A DNA stretch of 62,324 nucleotides, the filler included, from Jimgerdemannia flammicorona (taxonomy: Eukaryota), in assembly GCA_003990765.1 (NCBI GenBank). It is 3 parts of 3 records of this genome, joined end to end, with 100 filler letters (N's around TTAATTAATTAA, not from the genome) between each part and the next. Parts side by side here need not be neighbours in the genome. Positions count along the whole stretch, not along the records: positions 1 to 20,711 come from RBNJ01001603.1; positions 20,812 to 41,521 come from RBNJ01001604.1; 1 more part is not named here. The stretch is one strand, 5' to 3'. Each line of letters begins with the position of its first letter. The stretch's first letter is position 1. The notes under the pieces were generated by a model. That model saw nothing but the letters and a program-made list of their open reading frames with translations. It did no database searches and had not been told where the DNA came from. Positions 11,801 to 23,679 of the stretch are shown here, piece after piece. Both the position numbers and the translations under genes were made by a program.

Positions 11801-14800
11801 ATCAGCTCTAAGTTCTATACTCTTGAAGAAGTATTGAGTTCCAATTATTTATTATGATAGAGTTTAGATATTACTTTTAGGTTTTTATATAGATGATAAT
11901 ACTATATTTGTATTTCAAGTTGATTAGACTCAGAATTATCAACATCTCTCTCCACTACAATTCACGTTACACACACTTTACAATATACTTTCAAATCGTT
12001 TATTGGAGAAAGATACTAAGGAGATATCAACCAGTAAGCGAGCTGATGCATGTCCTAGGTCAGGTGGACCTGGGGCCTTCAACTGGCAGCATGTTGGGAG
12101 AGGGTATGGACTGGGGATGGGGTCTTTCGGTGGATCGAGTAGACAGGGCAGCTCGGGGGGTAGAGGAGGCACTGGTGGGGGGGCTGGAGGGCAGCAGGGA
12201 GGGAGCTTTGTGGATGCACTTAAGGCTGGGGTTGGCTGAGGGATACCCGCAGTAGACAGGCAGGAGGAAAGGGGAAGCAGAAGGTTGGCGACACTGGGGG
12301 AGCTGAGCCTTCACTGGTGGAAGGTGGGGAGAGTGGAGTAGTGGCTGGGGGTAGTGGCGGGACTACTAATGGTAGTGTGACAGTGAATCAGGAAAAAAAA
12401 AGAGATGTGAGAGCTGATGGCCAGGGGGGGCAGGGGTTCCCGATGCGGAAGGGGGACCTGGCCGATGGTGTAACGGGACTGGCAGTGGCCCTGTTGCTCA
12501 AGAAGTCAATCTCGGAGTTCGTGGCTACCTTGTGCTTCCAGGGCTTGGCGGTGACAGCGAGGATGGTCCTGGGGCTTATCTCGAGGCAGGTGGCTGGTGC
12601 GGTCTCGGTGAAGTTCTTGAAGGGCCTGGAGGGGGTTGAGGTGGGCTTTGAGGAGGCAGACCTACTGGATGAGGCCATGAAGACAGGAGTGATAGTTGGG
12701 GAGGTGGTGGTCCCCATGGTGAGGTGCTTGAGGTGGGACCCCAGGGTGGTGCAGTTTCTGGTGAAGGGGGTGCCCATGGTGACTAGGGAGAAGACTAGGA
12801 GGAGGGTGGAGGAGATGATGGTAGAGTATGGAGACGTGGTGGACATTGGCTTTCAGTTGTGGGAGGGGACAACTATCAGGATGGGCGACGTCGATGTCAG
12901 GATTCAGTTGGCAGGGAAGGAGGCCACAGGGAAGATGAGTGACTGACCCTCGGTACTGATGTGGGGGGCCATCATCTGCAAGGTGTCGAGGGTAAAGGGG
13001 AGCGAAGAGGAGGGCGAAGGCCTGGAGACTGTATGAGGAGTTGATGCATCTGGAGGTTGTGGGCGGGAGGCATATCCATATGGATAAGAAGCAGTAAGAG
13101 TGGGCCCAGGGCCGCAAGAGGCAGAAGGAGCTGTTGGAAAGTATGACAGGTGGGGGGAAGAAGAAGTTGGGTGAAGCTGAGGAGTCTGAAGGTGCTGAGG
13201 CCAGTGTCTGGGCTGGTAAAGGAGGAGAGGAGGTAGAGGCAAAGGAGGCAGGGGCTGGGAAGGGGCTAGACAAGGACCCATTTGCTGATGGTACCTTTGA
13301 AGTATGGGAGCCGGAGTTGGATGCCACCCCCCCCCCACTTATCAGGAGGGGCCCAGTGGGGAAGAGAGGGATGATGGAGGATACACAGATGCAGGGGGCC
13401 CAGCAGGTGCACTTTGGGGTCCCTGATGTAGCTCAAGGGGGTCAGGTGGTGGCGGTTGGCGAGGATGAGCTGGTGGATGTCCCTGAGGAGGAGTGGGATG
13501 AGGCTGCTAGTGTAGGAGCTGACACCACGATGTTGGATGCAGGGCGACCGGGAACTCTGGGAGGGAAGGAGGTGGGGAACTTGTTGTGGGTACGCAAGGT
13601 GATGGATAACCTTGCAGCAGAAGCATTGGGGGAGGTAGACCTGCAGGTGATGCCTGAGGAGCATTGGGCAAGGATCCTGCATGGTGATGGAATGGTAGAG
13701 GCACTGAAGGTGGAGATTCTGGCGATTTTGCTGGAGGAGGAGGGATATGAGGTTGACGAGGTGAGGAAGGCAGAGCTGGGGGTGGTTGCTGGTGAGCAGG
13801 CAGACTACTGTTGGGCAGAGCATCATGGTCTGTGGCTCTGGCAGGAGGCCTGTCTGGAGTATCACAAGGATTTTGAGGAGCATGAGGATGGGGCGATAGT
13901 AGAACTTCTGGGAGAGTTGGAGGCATGGAAAGCTGGGGAGAGGGAACTGGCTACTGAACTTAACTTGGACTTGGTACAGGAGAGGCAGGATGCCGACTTA
14001 TAGAGGATGGGCCCTGATATATATCATTATTCTTTATGAACAGTACAGCCAACATTTTTTCCTTGAATGTGAATGGGCTAAGGGGCTCTGGGTGGTGTAG
14101 GAATATTTTTACTTGGCTCAAGGGATTGGAGGCTGATCTCTTTTTATTGCAGGATGTTCGATGTGAGGATGAGGATGATCAGGTAGAGTGGACTAGGGAA
14201 TGGGGGGGGGGCTGCTACTTGGTTTGGAAAGGTAGCAATTCTGGTGAGGAAGGGCAGAGGAGACTTGGGGGGAATCAGGAGCTGGGGTGATCACTTGGTC
14301 TGGAGAGAGTGGCATCGGCCAGGGTGGGAATTGGTGAAGATGGGCTCTTGCTACTGCCCTGCGGCTAGGGGTGAGAGGACTGCATGGATTAGGGGATTGC
14401 TGGAGGAGGGTATTCTCTTGGAGGAAGGGGTCAATGTTCTCAGTGGGGACTTTAATATAGTTCGGGATCAGCGTCTGGACAGAACTGATGGCGGGAGGAG
14501 TGCTGGGGGTAGAAGTGGAGGTCTGGATGCATGGGAGGAGGTAGAGACATTGAGCTCCTTGGGGAATATGGGCAGAATGAGGTGGGGTGACGCCAGGGTT
14601 TACACGCATTAGGTGAATGGCCTGGGCACAAGAATTGATTGGATTCTGACAGCAGAGTGCTGGGGTTTGGATGTTTGGAAGGCATTGGAAGTGGAGTGGT
14701 GCCCATGGTCTGATCACTGGAGACTGTTGGGACAGGGGCAGTTTGGGGGGAGTGGAGATAGACCTGGACATTGGTGCCTTAACTCCTCCCTGCTGGCTGA

Positions 14801-16989
14801 GAAGGGGCTGTGGGAACTGTGGGTGGAGGACATTCAGGCAAAAGTTTTTATCTGGAAGCATGAGAGTTTGCCTGGGGCTGTTCGCTAGATGAGGTTGAAA
14901 GAGGCTGCGAGGGTTTATTGGGGAGAGGCTGGTAGAGGGGCTGGGAGGCAGAGAAGGAGGTGCACGAGGTGTGCTTCCAGCAGGCTGAGGAGACTACAAA
15001 TAGATTGAGCAGATTTGCTCACCTTAGGATTGGAGGATAGAGAGGGCGAAATTGGAGATAGTGGAACTACAACAGGTGCTGAGGGAAGAGGAGGAGACCC
15101 ATATATGGGGCATGGCTGCTAGGCTGTGGTGGCAGGGGCTTAAGGAGGGTGAGCGGCCTACTAGGTACTTATTGCAACTTCTCAAAGCTAGGAGAGTGCA
15201 TCATCAGTGGGATGGGGTCCTGGATGCTGATGGGGACATGGTTCACGGCACATAGCAAATCCTAGGGGTCTTGAAGGAGAGATGGCAGGGTTTGTGAAGT
15301 GAGGGAGAAGGGGGTGTAGATGAGGCAGAGATTGTGAATACACTAAATGAGTGGGGGCTGCCGCAGGTTGCTGGACTGAGGGACTTGATCTTACCAGTAC
15401 AGGGAGAGGAGATCCAGAGTGTCCTGGCAGCAACTGAGATTGGGATGGCGCCAGGGAAGGATGGATTGCCTTGGGACTTCTGGAAGAAGATGGTAAATGT
15501 CCCCGGGGTGTTGGGCGAGATAGCTGATCTTTGTGACCATGTCCTTCAGAGTGGTGAGTGGGTTGGAGAGCAGGATCTGGGGCTGGTGGCCTTACTGTAT
15601 AAAGACAAGGGAAGGAGGAAAGACTGGAAGAACTGGAGGCCAATTATGCTTCTGGATATGGACAGGAAGATGGTGACTAAGGTGATTGTCGCAAGGCTGC
15701 AGAAGGTTGCCCAACAGGTGCTGGGGGAAGAGCAGAGGGGCTTTGTTGGGGGCAGGCTAATAAGAGATGAGACTGCATGGGTTCATGGTGTCATTGAAGG
15801 GGCCCGGGCCTGTAGACTGGATGGAAGGTTGGTCTTTCTGGACCAGGAGAAGGCCTATGACTGTGTATGGCGGGTGTGGCTGGGAAAGGTGTTGGACCAA
15901 ATTGGTGTTCCCCCAATATTTAGGTCCTCTATGTTGAGTCTGCTGGAAAGTAGTCAGGCAGCTCTGATGTGTAATGGTCACTGTGGGAGGGCATTTCCCT
16001 TGGGAAGAGGAGTACCTCAGAGGGACCCTCTATCTCTGATTCTCTATGCTCTTTCACTGGAGCCATTAATGGATAGGATTCACCAGAAGGTAGCAGGGCT
16101 CTATATATGGTATAGTATGGAAGGTTGGGGCCTTTGCTGATGATATGGTGGTTGGACTTGGGACTGTAGCAGATGTAGAGGCACTTCAGGAGACTGTGGA
16201 ATGGTATGAGGCTCACTTGGGGGCAAAACTCAACTGGCATAAGTGTGAGACAATGGTGCTAGAGAATGAACTAGTGGGTGGGGATATCATTGGAACAATT
16301 GTCCCTACTGGTGAGGTGGTGTGGTATCTGGGTATCTTCTTCTCTATATATGGTTCTGTCTTGCCATAAGTGTGGTGGGAGAGCAGGGTGAATAGTTGGT
16401 GGGAGGCCCTTCGAGGATGGGGAGGCCACCATATCTCTCTAGCAGGGTGGGTGTCAATCCTGAATGTATATTGATTCCCAAAGCTGTGGTATGTGGCATA
16501 TCACCTTGACTTCCCAGTATGGGTGGTGAAGAAGCTGACGAAGGTGGCTAGAGATTGGATTTGGGCAGAGAGGAGGTCCCAGGTCAGTTGGGATACTCTG
16601 GTGAGACCGGTAGTCAGGAGAGGTCTTGGCCTGGTGGATTTCCCTAAGAGGCTGCACTGCTTGAGAGCCTGGTGATTGAAGAGAGCTGTGGAATTGCAGG
16701 GCAAAGGTTGGGTGCCTCTGCTGCAGAAGGTATGGGAGATGCGAACATCCCCTCGAGGGTCCTCCAGAGATCTGCTCTCTTTGGTGGGGCTGAATGGAAT
16801 TCGGAGGCTACGGTTCAGGGGCTTTTAGTGGGGAGTGGCTGATGGAGCACACTGAATTGGCCTGCGCTGGCAAGGTTGTAAGCGCACAACCTCCAAGCCA
16901 TCAAAACAATACATCACCCTCCGAACAAGCCACTGAAATCACACGCGACCTCTAAACAAATCTGGAAATCACTTGCTTAATCATGAAGC

Positions 16990-17095
16990 TGAGTCAAACC
17001 GAAGTCACAGTACACAAAGCTGAGTCAATACGAAGTCACAGAATACAAGATCTATACAAATGGAATCTTACCAATCAGGATCAAATACATATATA
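16990..17095 (+). promoter_or_regulatory. Putative promoter of the LTR cargo ORF
   Basis: Two GCTGAGTCA (AP-1/Gcn4-type) sites in a 31-bp tandem duplication (16990, 17021), CCAAT at 17071 and TATATA at 17090, all upstream of the ATG at 17167. Confidence 0.45.
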
Positions 17096-17166
17096 CCGAG
17101 CACCAAGATGCATCAATTCAGAGAACAAACACACAAACAACAACCACAACTTCCAAACACACAAAT

Positions 17167-18264
17167 ATGACCACTGAGATCTATACCCGCATCTGCGCTG
17201 ACATTTGGAATACCATTGTCAACCGAGCCACACCCCCTCTGCCCCTCATGAATATCCATAGCCTAGCACTCCTTCTCCTTCATAGAAGCCCATTGGAATG
17301 CTCTGAACATGCTTAGTGAGGCCCACCGAATCGGACAAATCTCAAGCTACTACCAGATTGGCCACCTCCTGGAAGACATGGTCGAACACCACCATGATAT
17401 AGACATTACCGAGATATCTCAACACCAGAAGCTCATTGCCCACAAACATCGAGAACTTTTCTATGAGTATAGTACCATTATTCCCTGCCTCTAAGTTACT
17501 ACCAGCGAAATGGTTGCTACTCTGTTCTATGGCCAAATCGATGATATGATACAAGAACTCAACCACAAGTACCTTGAGTATGTCGAAACCACAGACAGAA
17601 CCTTCCCACACCCCAACGATCATATCCTGCAAATGCCCCAAGTTGGATATGCCATGAAGGATATCAACGATATAATTCACTTCAATGAAGATGAAGCAGA
17701 AGACAATGATCCCTCCGATGCCAACATGACCTCTAGCCAAGGATCTCTGCCAACCCTGATCACTCTGCCAACCTTGCCGATGAACTTACAACAGTTTATA
17801 ACTGCATACGAGACTTATTGGGACAATGACCACTGGCACGAATACCAACCCATGTTTACCCCTAATTACTTCAACTACAATGAAGAGACCGGAGAACACA
17901 ACCTGTACCTCCAGACAACCCTCGAGATCGAATCAACCACTCCACCACCTGAGTACAAGTGACATGAACCACAACCACCAGCTTACTACAATCCTGCAAC
18001 TCATAGTGCTGTAACCTATAGAAGGTATACAGATAGTGAATCCAATGAAAGTGAAGATAATATACCCATCCTTCGTCCACCAACACCTTATCCAGCCTAT
18101 GAGACAGATGATGCTATCCTGTAGGATGGAGATAAAGTTCCAATATATTATTACCTTAGCGAACAAGGAGAAGTAATCTGCGAACCACTCTTTCTGGACG
18201 ACTACTTCATCAGAGATGATGCAATTGATGGTGATGTCATCAAGGACTACCCAGACAGTGCCTA
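17167..18264 (+). pseudogene. LTR(U3)-encoded hypothetical protein (~365 aa; one frameshift, three stops)
   Basis: MTTEIYTRIC... with a +1 frameshift near 17275 (absent from the copy at ~31003), then QISSYYQIGHLL...AHKHRELF...IIPCL*...; the frame continues through TGA/TAG to DVIKDYPDSA*. Confidence 0.75.
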
Positions 18265-18328
18265 AACCCATAAATAGCCTAGCAGTCATAGTGTAGTTAG
18301 ATTAGCCTTATATGACATGACTGTAAAC

Positions 18329-18583
18329 TGACTCAGCAGTCAGATGATCTCTTGACATATCAGATCACACTTGTACTACGTGACTGTATTCTGACTCAGC
18401 AAGATACTTAGTGCTACATCCATATTCAGCATAGCCCAGATAGCCCCTCACTAGTATAAATACCCCCTCCCCCAGACCTCAGAATCTCAGACTCGAACAT
18501 ACAAGAACATTCCTGAATACTTTCCCACAATATCCCTTTACACAACTACTCCTAGTATAGCAATATCATGAATAGCGAATAAA
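18329..18583 (+). promoter_or_regulatory. Canonical LTR promoter and polyA signal
   Basis: TGACTCAGCA at 18329 and 18392, TATAAATA 18455-18462, AATAAA 18578-18583. Confidence 0.6.
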
Positions 18584-19313
18584 CCTATTTAATAACCCAC
18601 AAACCACTCTTAAGTAAATCTACTCCCTGTTAGGTCCTACTCCTAACTCCCTTATGAAATTTCCTAATTGGGTATTGTCTGCAATTCAACTAAGCTGGTC
18701 TTAGTTTCTTGAACTTCCTGAAATATGGAAAATCCTGAACATCCAGAACTAGTCTGAAAAAGGACTTTGGTTGAGACATCAACCCGATCTTGAAATCAAT
18801 AAGCATAGAGGATATACTCTATATGAAATTGATCTTGACCATAAGAAAATGGTCTTCTAGAATATCCAGAACTTCCAGAAAACCCCTCCAGAACTACGTA
18901 ACAGTTATCATAAAAAGCAACCCTCTTACAAAGATAATGAGGGGGAGGCGGCGTGGGGGCCTAATATGTGATACTGGGATAGACTGCTCCTGGGGAGCAC
19001 TCCACTGACTGTGTTCGATATTGGGGAGGGAGTGGAGTGTCAGCAGGGGCTTGGCCAGGATCTTTGGCCAGGTGGCTGGCAGGCGGTTGAAATCGGAGAG
19101 GAGTGGGACTGGGCGGGCATCTGGTCTTGGAGTGCAGAGGTATGAAGATGGCTTCCTCCCAAGTTCTGGGTGGTATGGTGGTGAATGTTGTAGAGGAATA
19201 TCATGCTGAATTTCCACTTAGAGCATTTAGTAGAGGGTGGACAATTCGATTGTGAGGAGTATTATGATGTTGGGTAAGCTGGGGGTCATGTACAGATATC
19301 AGAACATTGGCAA

Positions 19314-20711
19314 CAGACCTTTCTCCTGTACAATTCACGTTACACAAAACTTCAAGCAACAGTTCTCGACATAACTAGGAGTAAAGGTACTAGCAATATG
19401 TCTTCAAGCAAGAGTTCTGACGGGTGTACTGGGTCGGGGGGAGCTGGGGCTTTCAGCTGGCAGCAAGTGGGGAGGGGTTATGGCCTGGGGATGGGGGCCT
19501 TTGGAGGGTCAAACGGTGGTGAGGGCTCTCAAGGAGGACTGGCAACAGGTGGTGTTGGCGGAAAGGCTGGTCCCTCAAGCTTTGCTGACAAGGTGAAGGG
19601 GAGTAGATGGCCAGCTGGAGACAGGGCTGGTACTGCTGTGGGGAAGGGCAAGGTGAGCCTTGGGAGGGGGGGAGGTCCCCAGGCTGGGGGTGCGAGCGTA
19701 GGGGCTGGAGGTGCAGTGGCTGGGGGCGTGACTGCTGATGGGAGTGTGACGGGGAATCAAGAAAAAAAAAGAGATGTGACGGCTGATGGCCAGGTGGGGC
19801 AGGGGCTCCCGATGCAGAAGGGGGACCTGGCCGATGGTGTGACAGGGCTGGCAGTGACTCCATTACTCAAGAAGTCGATCTCGGAGTTTGCGGTGACCTT
19901 GTGCTTCCGGGGCCTAGCAGTGACGGTGAGGATGGTTCTGGGGCTTGTCTCGAAGCAGGTGGCTGGGGCAGCCTCGGTGAAGTTCTTGAAGGGGCTGGAG
20001 GGGGTTGAGGTGGGCTTTGAGGAGGCAGGCCCTCTGGAGGAGGCACTGAAGACTGGAGTTGTAGTTGGGGAGGTGGTGGTCCCTATGGTGAGGTGCCTGC
20101 GATGGGACCCCAGAGTGGTGCAACTTCTAGTGAAGGGGGTACCCACAGTAACTAAGAAGGAGATGAGGAAGAGGGTAGAGGAGGTGATGATTGAGTATGG
20201 TGATGTGGTAGACATCGGCTTTCAGGTGTGGGAGGGGACGATGATCAGGACAGGCGATGTTGATGTCAGAATTCAGCTGGCGGGCAAGGAGGCCACAGGG
20301 AAGACAAGTGACTGGCCTTCGGTATTGATGTGGGGGGCATTTATTTGCAAAGTGTCGAGGGTGAAGGGGAATGAGGAGGAGGAGGAGGATCTGCTGGAAG
20401 TGTTGGAGGAGATGAGTGGTGCGGTGGAGTGTTGGGCAAAGGCCTGGAAGCTCTATGAGGAGTCAACGCATCTGGAGATTGTAGAGGGGAAGTGCGTCCG
20501 TACTGACAAGAGGCAGTGGGAGAGGGCTCAGGGGCGCTTGAGGCAGAGGGAGCTCTTGGCGAGTATGACAGGAGGGGAGAAGAGGAAGGTTGATGGGGCT
20601 GAAGGGTCTGGAGGCGTCAAGGCTAGTGTATGGGCTGGCGAAGGCGGAAAGGAGGCGGTGGTGCCAGAAGAATGGGCTGCAAAGGTACTGGGCAGGGATC
20701 CTTATACTGAT
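19314..20711 (+). mobile_element. L1/Tx1-like LINE, copy 3 (youngest; inserted into copy 2; ends at the gap)
   Basis: 5' UTR CCTTTCTCC..CAATTCACGTTACAC, as in copy 2; ORF1 has no stops and CpGs are comparatively retained. Confidence 0.92.
19398..20711 (+). CDS. LINE ORF1 protein, open up to the assembly gap
   Basis: 438 codons without a stop. Gly-rich N-terminus, then RRM-like VVQLLVKGVP...YGDVVDIGF...WPSVLMWG. Confidence 0.85.
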
Positions 20712-20811
20712 NNNNNNNNNNNNNNNNNNNNNNNNNNNNNNNNNNNNNNNNNNNNTTAATTAATTAANNNNNNNNNNNNNNNNNNNNNNNNNNNNNNNNN
20801 NNNNNNNNNNN
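20712..20811. other. Artificial contig-joining spacer (N-TTAATTAATTAA-N)
   Basis: Identical 100-bp construct at 41522-41621; the 12-mer puts stops in all six frames. Confidence 0.95.
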
Positions 20812-20968
20812 TTTTTTTTTTAAAGTCCCTTGGACTCCGTCTTTATTACCAGTCTATGAATAATTATACAGTATCACCACCCATTAACCAATCCCCATCT
20901 GGGGGCCCCACCCCACCCCTTCACGTCTAAAGACCACCCTCTCGCCAACAACTCCAACTTTACCCCCG
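20812..20968 (-). mobile_element. 5'-truncated LINE 3' end with poly(A)
   Basis: Reverse complement matches copy 4 at ~37980-38140, including AATAAA and the A-tail. Confidence 0.8.
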
Positions 20969-20982
20969 ATGCAATATTTCTC

Positions 20983-21045
20983 TATCTTTACATATAGATT
21001 TTTTTTTTTTTTTTATATTTTTTTTATATATCTTTACATATAGAT
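20983..21045 (-). mobile_element. Poly(A)-only retro-insertion with 17-bp TSD
   Basis: TATCTTTACATATAGAT at 20983-20999 and 21029-21045 flanks a ~29-bp T tract. Confidence 0.75.
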
Positions 21046-21480
21046 GACAATGTTACTCTAGTAATGTTTTATATTCTAGAAAAGAAGGACCCAACTTGAG
21101 AGGACAGTAGTGGTATCTAGTACAATCTTATATAGTTTTGGAGTCCTATTTATAGCCAATACAACTATCTTATTTCAACTATACAACCTCTATAGAATCC
21201 TTATCTTCAAGAAGAACTCATATACTATAGTTATTATACTCACAATAGATGACAGACTTATCAAGGCCTGAGACTAGTGAGTGGAGCAGTTTTGTGAAAG
21301 TTAGACTAAGTAGTCTTTTGTGAAAATTAGGTAGTCTTTTGTAAAGGGTAGGCAGTCAGGTGTCTCTTGATTTATAGTACTAGTATTAGCTTTTTACTGA
21401 GTTCTACTTGCCCCTTGGCCCTGCTTTGTAGTACTGTTGGTATAGTATTACAGAGGGCCAGGGTATCTATGGGCTTCAAA

Positions 21481-21549
21481 TCTGTATTAAAGTCTGATCT
21501 ATACTAGAGTCTAATCTATACTAGAGTCTGATCTGTACTAGAGTCTGAC
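21481..21549. repeat. 17-bp tandem repeat (~4 copies)
   Basis: AGTCTGATCTATACTAG units at 21491, 21508 and 21525, plus partial copies. Confidence 0.8.
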
Positions 21550-22396
21550 TGCTTAAAGTTACTTCTTGTAGTAAGTTAATGGGCTGCAAATTCTGTATGC
21601 TCTCTCTGACCTGAACTTCTATACTAACTTGCAGCTTAGAGTTGCCCCTTACTACTAGTGGAGGACTGTAAATTTTACATTCTCCCTCTGCCAACCCTGC
21701 TAATTTCTACTCTACTTGGACTAGTAAGGGGCTATAAATACTAATATACTCTCTTTGCCTATCACTTTGTACTCTGAGCTGAGTTCTCTTTTTTTTTTTT
21801 TTTTTTAAATAATTTTAAAAAAAAAATTTTTTCTTATTTTTTTTTTTTTTTTTTAAATAATATATAAAAAATAATTTATTCCTGACTTTTTTGTTTAATA
21901 ATATAGAACATATCTAATTTTAGTGGTCCATACTCCACTATATATGTAAGTCCAGATTGCCTTAGCATTCAGTATATACCTTTTAGGAGAAATGAGATTC
22001 ACTCTACTAGAGAATATTTACTCAACTAAATCCCAGATAGATGAGGCACTGTAGGTGCCAAAGTCTGTCCCAGACTTTATAAGCTTTGGGAGGACTGTGA
22101 AGAGTTGGTTTCTGCTATCCTGAAAGTATTGGCATGCTTTATTTTATCTTAAACATAGGTTTATTCATGCGAATTTCCTTCTGTCTAAGACATATATATA
22201 TGAGACATTTCATGTAAAATATGGTAATAAAAGAACATCTCAACTCTCATGAAGTCCCTTAGTCTAGAAAGCTTGACATGTGAGCCAGAAATACCTGAAG
22301 AGAAATATAGGAAAAAACCAGCTAGTGAAGTATAGCTGAAAATAGGAAAATGAAATATACTTAAAGAAAAATGAAAGAAGGGCCAGGAATGGGTGG

Positions 22397-22517
22397 GAAA
22401 CCAACTCTTCATGGTCCTCCCAAAGCTTGTAAAGTCTAGGACAGACTTCAGCACCTATGGCACCTTGTCCATCTGGGACTAAGCATCACTTTGTTTTGGA
22501 CAGTTTCAGAGTTGGTT
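22397..22517. repeat. DIRS internal complementary region (ICR)
   Basis: 22397-~22478 is the reverse complement of 22031-22113, and ~22478-22517 is the reverse complement of 26789-26829. Confidence 0.9.
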
Positions 22518-22599
22518 GTTTGTAGATCTGATATGAGTGGAGCATCTGGCTGGGGGTATACCAATGGCCATAACTTTACTCTTATATTTGAGGACTGTA

Positions 22600-23560
22600 T
22601 AAATGAGGAAAGTGGCCTGAGCAGATTGTGAAAGGACTGGCATCCAGTGTAGTAGATGATAGTGGCATTCAAACATAATTTTGGAACTCCAATTGCCACT
22701 CTTGAGGACTTCATCAATGGGTGTACTACCTTCTAGGGCTTCAGTGGAGGATTTGGCCCAAACAGAGTGAGGGCAATGAACTGGATCAATGTCTGCAGCT
22801 GCCATACATTTGGAAAACCAATTTCAAAGGCAGTCAGGTGTAAGGTTGTGATGGAGAGAACATGTACTGATGAACAGGTGGTCGCTGTTTGTTCGTGGGC
22901 AGAGGGGATCCACCTCATATACCCAGTGGAAAATCCAGTATATAGGGCACATATTCTTATCCTCCAAGAGGACTGGAATGGGATGAGAGATCTTGGTAGT
23001 GACATCGGGGGTACATTCTTTCATCATGTCAGCAGTCAGAATCATTTTGGTAGGCCAATCACCAATACTACCACAAAAACTAATAGTCACCTGACATTTC
23101 GCAAAATTGCTTACCACTTGTCAGAAGGTACATAGGGCAAGAAGAGTATGTGTTTTCTTACCATTAAGTACCCATTACTGAATGGAGTCATAGGGGCCCA
23201 GAGAAGCTAGCCACTAAATAAGAGTAGTGACATTCCATTGGGTGGTCTTGTCTTTTGAGGGAGGGGGTTGAAGATTCGCAGCACCCCAGATCAGATGGGA
23301 GATAGTTGGAAGGTTGGAGAAATGAACACTGTTCATTGTGGGGGTCTACCAGCCAATGGCAGTACAGACACTCTGAAGCTGACACATGTAGTGTATTGCT
23401 TGGTAGAAGCTCATAAGGGATTGATATATTGTTGATGGCACCAATAGACAAAGTGTTGCTATGCTGACTTGTAGTTCTTGCATGAGGATATTCATATGCT
23501 GGCCTGGATGAGTTTGCGAGCCTGTGGTGCCAGCACTGTGGTATCAGGAGATTGCCACTG
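22600..23560 (-). pseudogene. DIRS tyrosine recombinase
   Basis: KNMCPI, HSVWAKSST (HSxR with CGG>TGG) and GNWSSKIMFECHY (catalytic Tyr). Confidence 0.9.
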
Positions 23561-23679
23561 ATTTGCCATGCCAGGGCATCCCAGTGCATCATCCATATCA
23601 TCATTGTTATCATCATTATCATCAGGAGATAATAAGGAAGAAGAATGGGGGGAGTGGTCACCATTTTCAGAAGTTCAGG

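Larger units (their letters stand above)
16877..18930 (+). mobile_element. Solo LTR (2054 bp) of chromovirus family C, carrying an ORF
   Basis: Termini TGTAAG...CTTACA; 5-bp TSD AAGGT/AAGAT; removal restores the LINE frame RWQG-NEGE. The 3' ~500 bp match the LTRs at 52826 and 60648. Confidence 0.95.
11943..19311 (+). mobile_element. L1/Tx1-like LINE, copy 2 (interrupted by a solo LTR, cut by copy 3)
   Basis: 5' UTR CATCTCTCTCC..CAATTCACGTTACAC; ORF1 ~12025-14003; ORF2 from 14036; resumes at 18936. Confidence 0.95.
14036..19311 (+). pseudogene. LINE ORF2 (APE endonuclease + RT), split by the solo LTR at 16877-18930
   Basis: SLNVNGLRG, LLQDV, GDFN, RIDW, SDH, APGKDGLP, KNWRPIMLL, LDQEKAYD, GVPQRDPLS, FADD (~16133), YLG, GLGLVDF. 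Confidence 0.95.

Noticed and set aside
20756..20767. TTAATTAATTAA palindrome inside N runs (also 41566-41577)
   Set aside because: Artificial six-frame-stop linker; not biological, and adjacency across it cannot be trusted.
21262..21423. CAAGGCC...GGCCCTG as hAT-like TIRs
   Set aside because: Only a 6-7 bp match and no 8-bp TSD.
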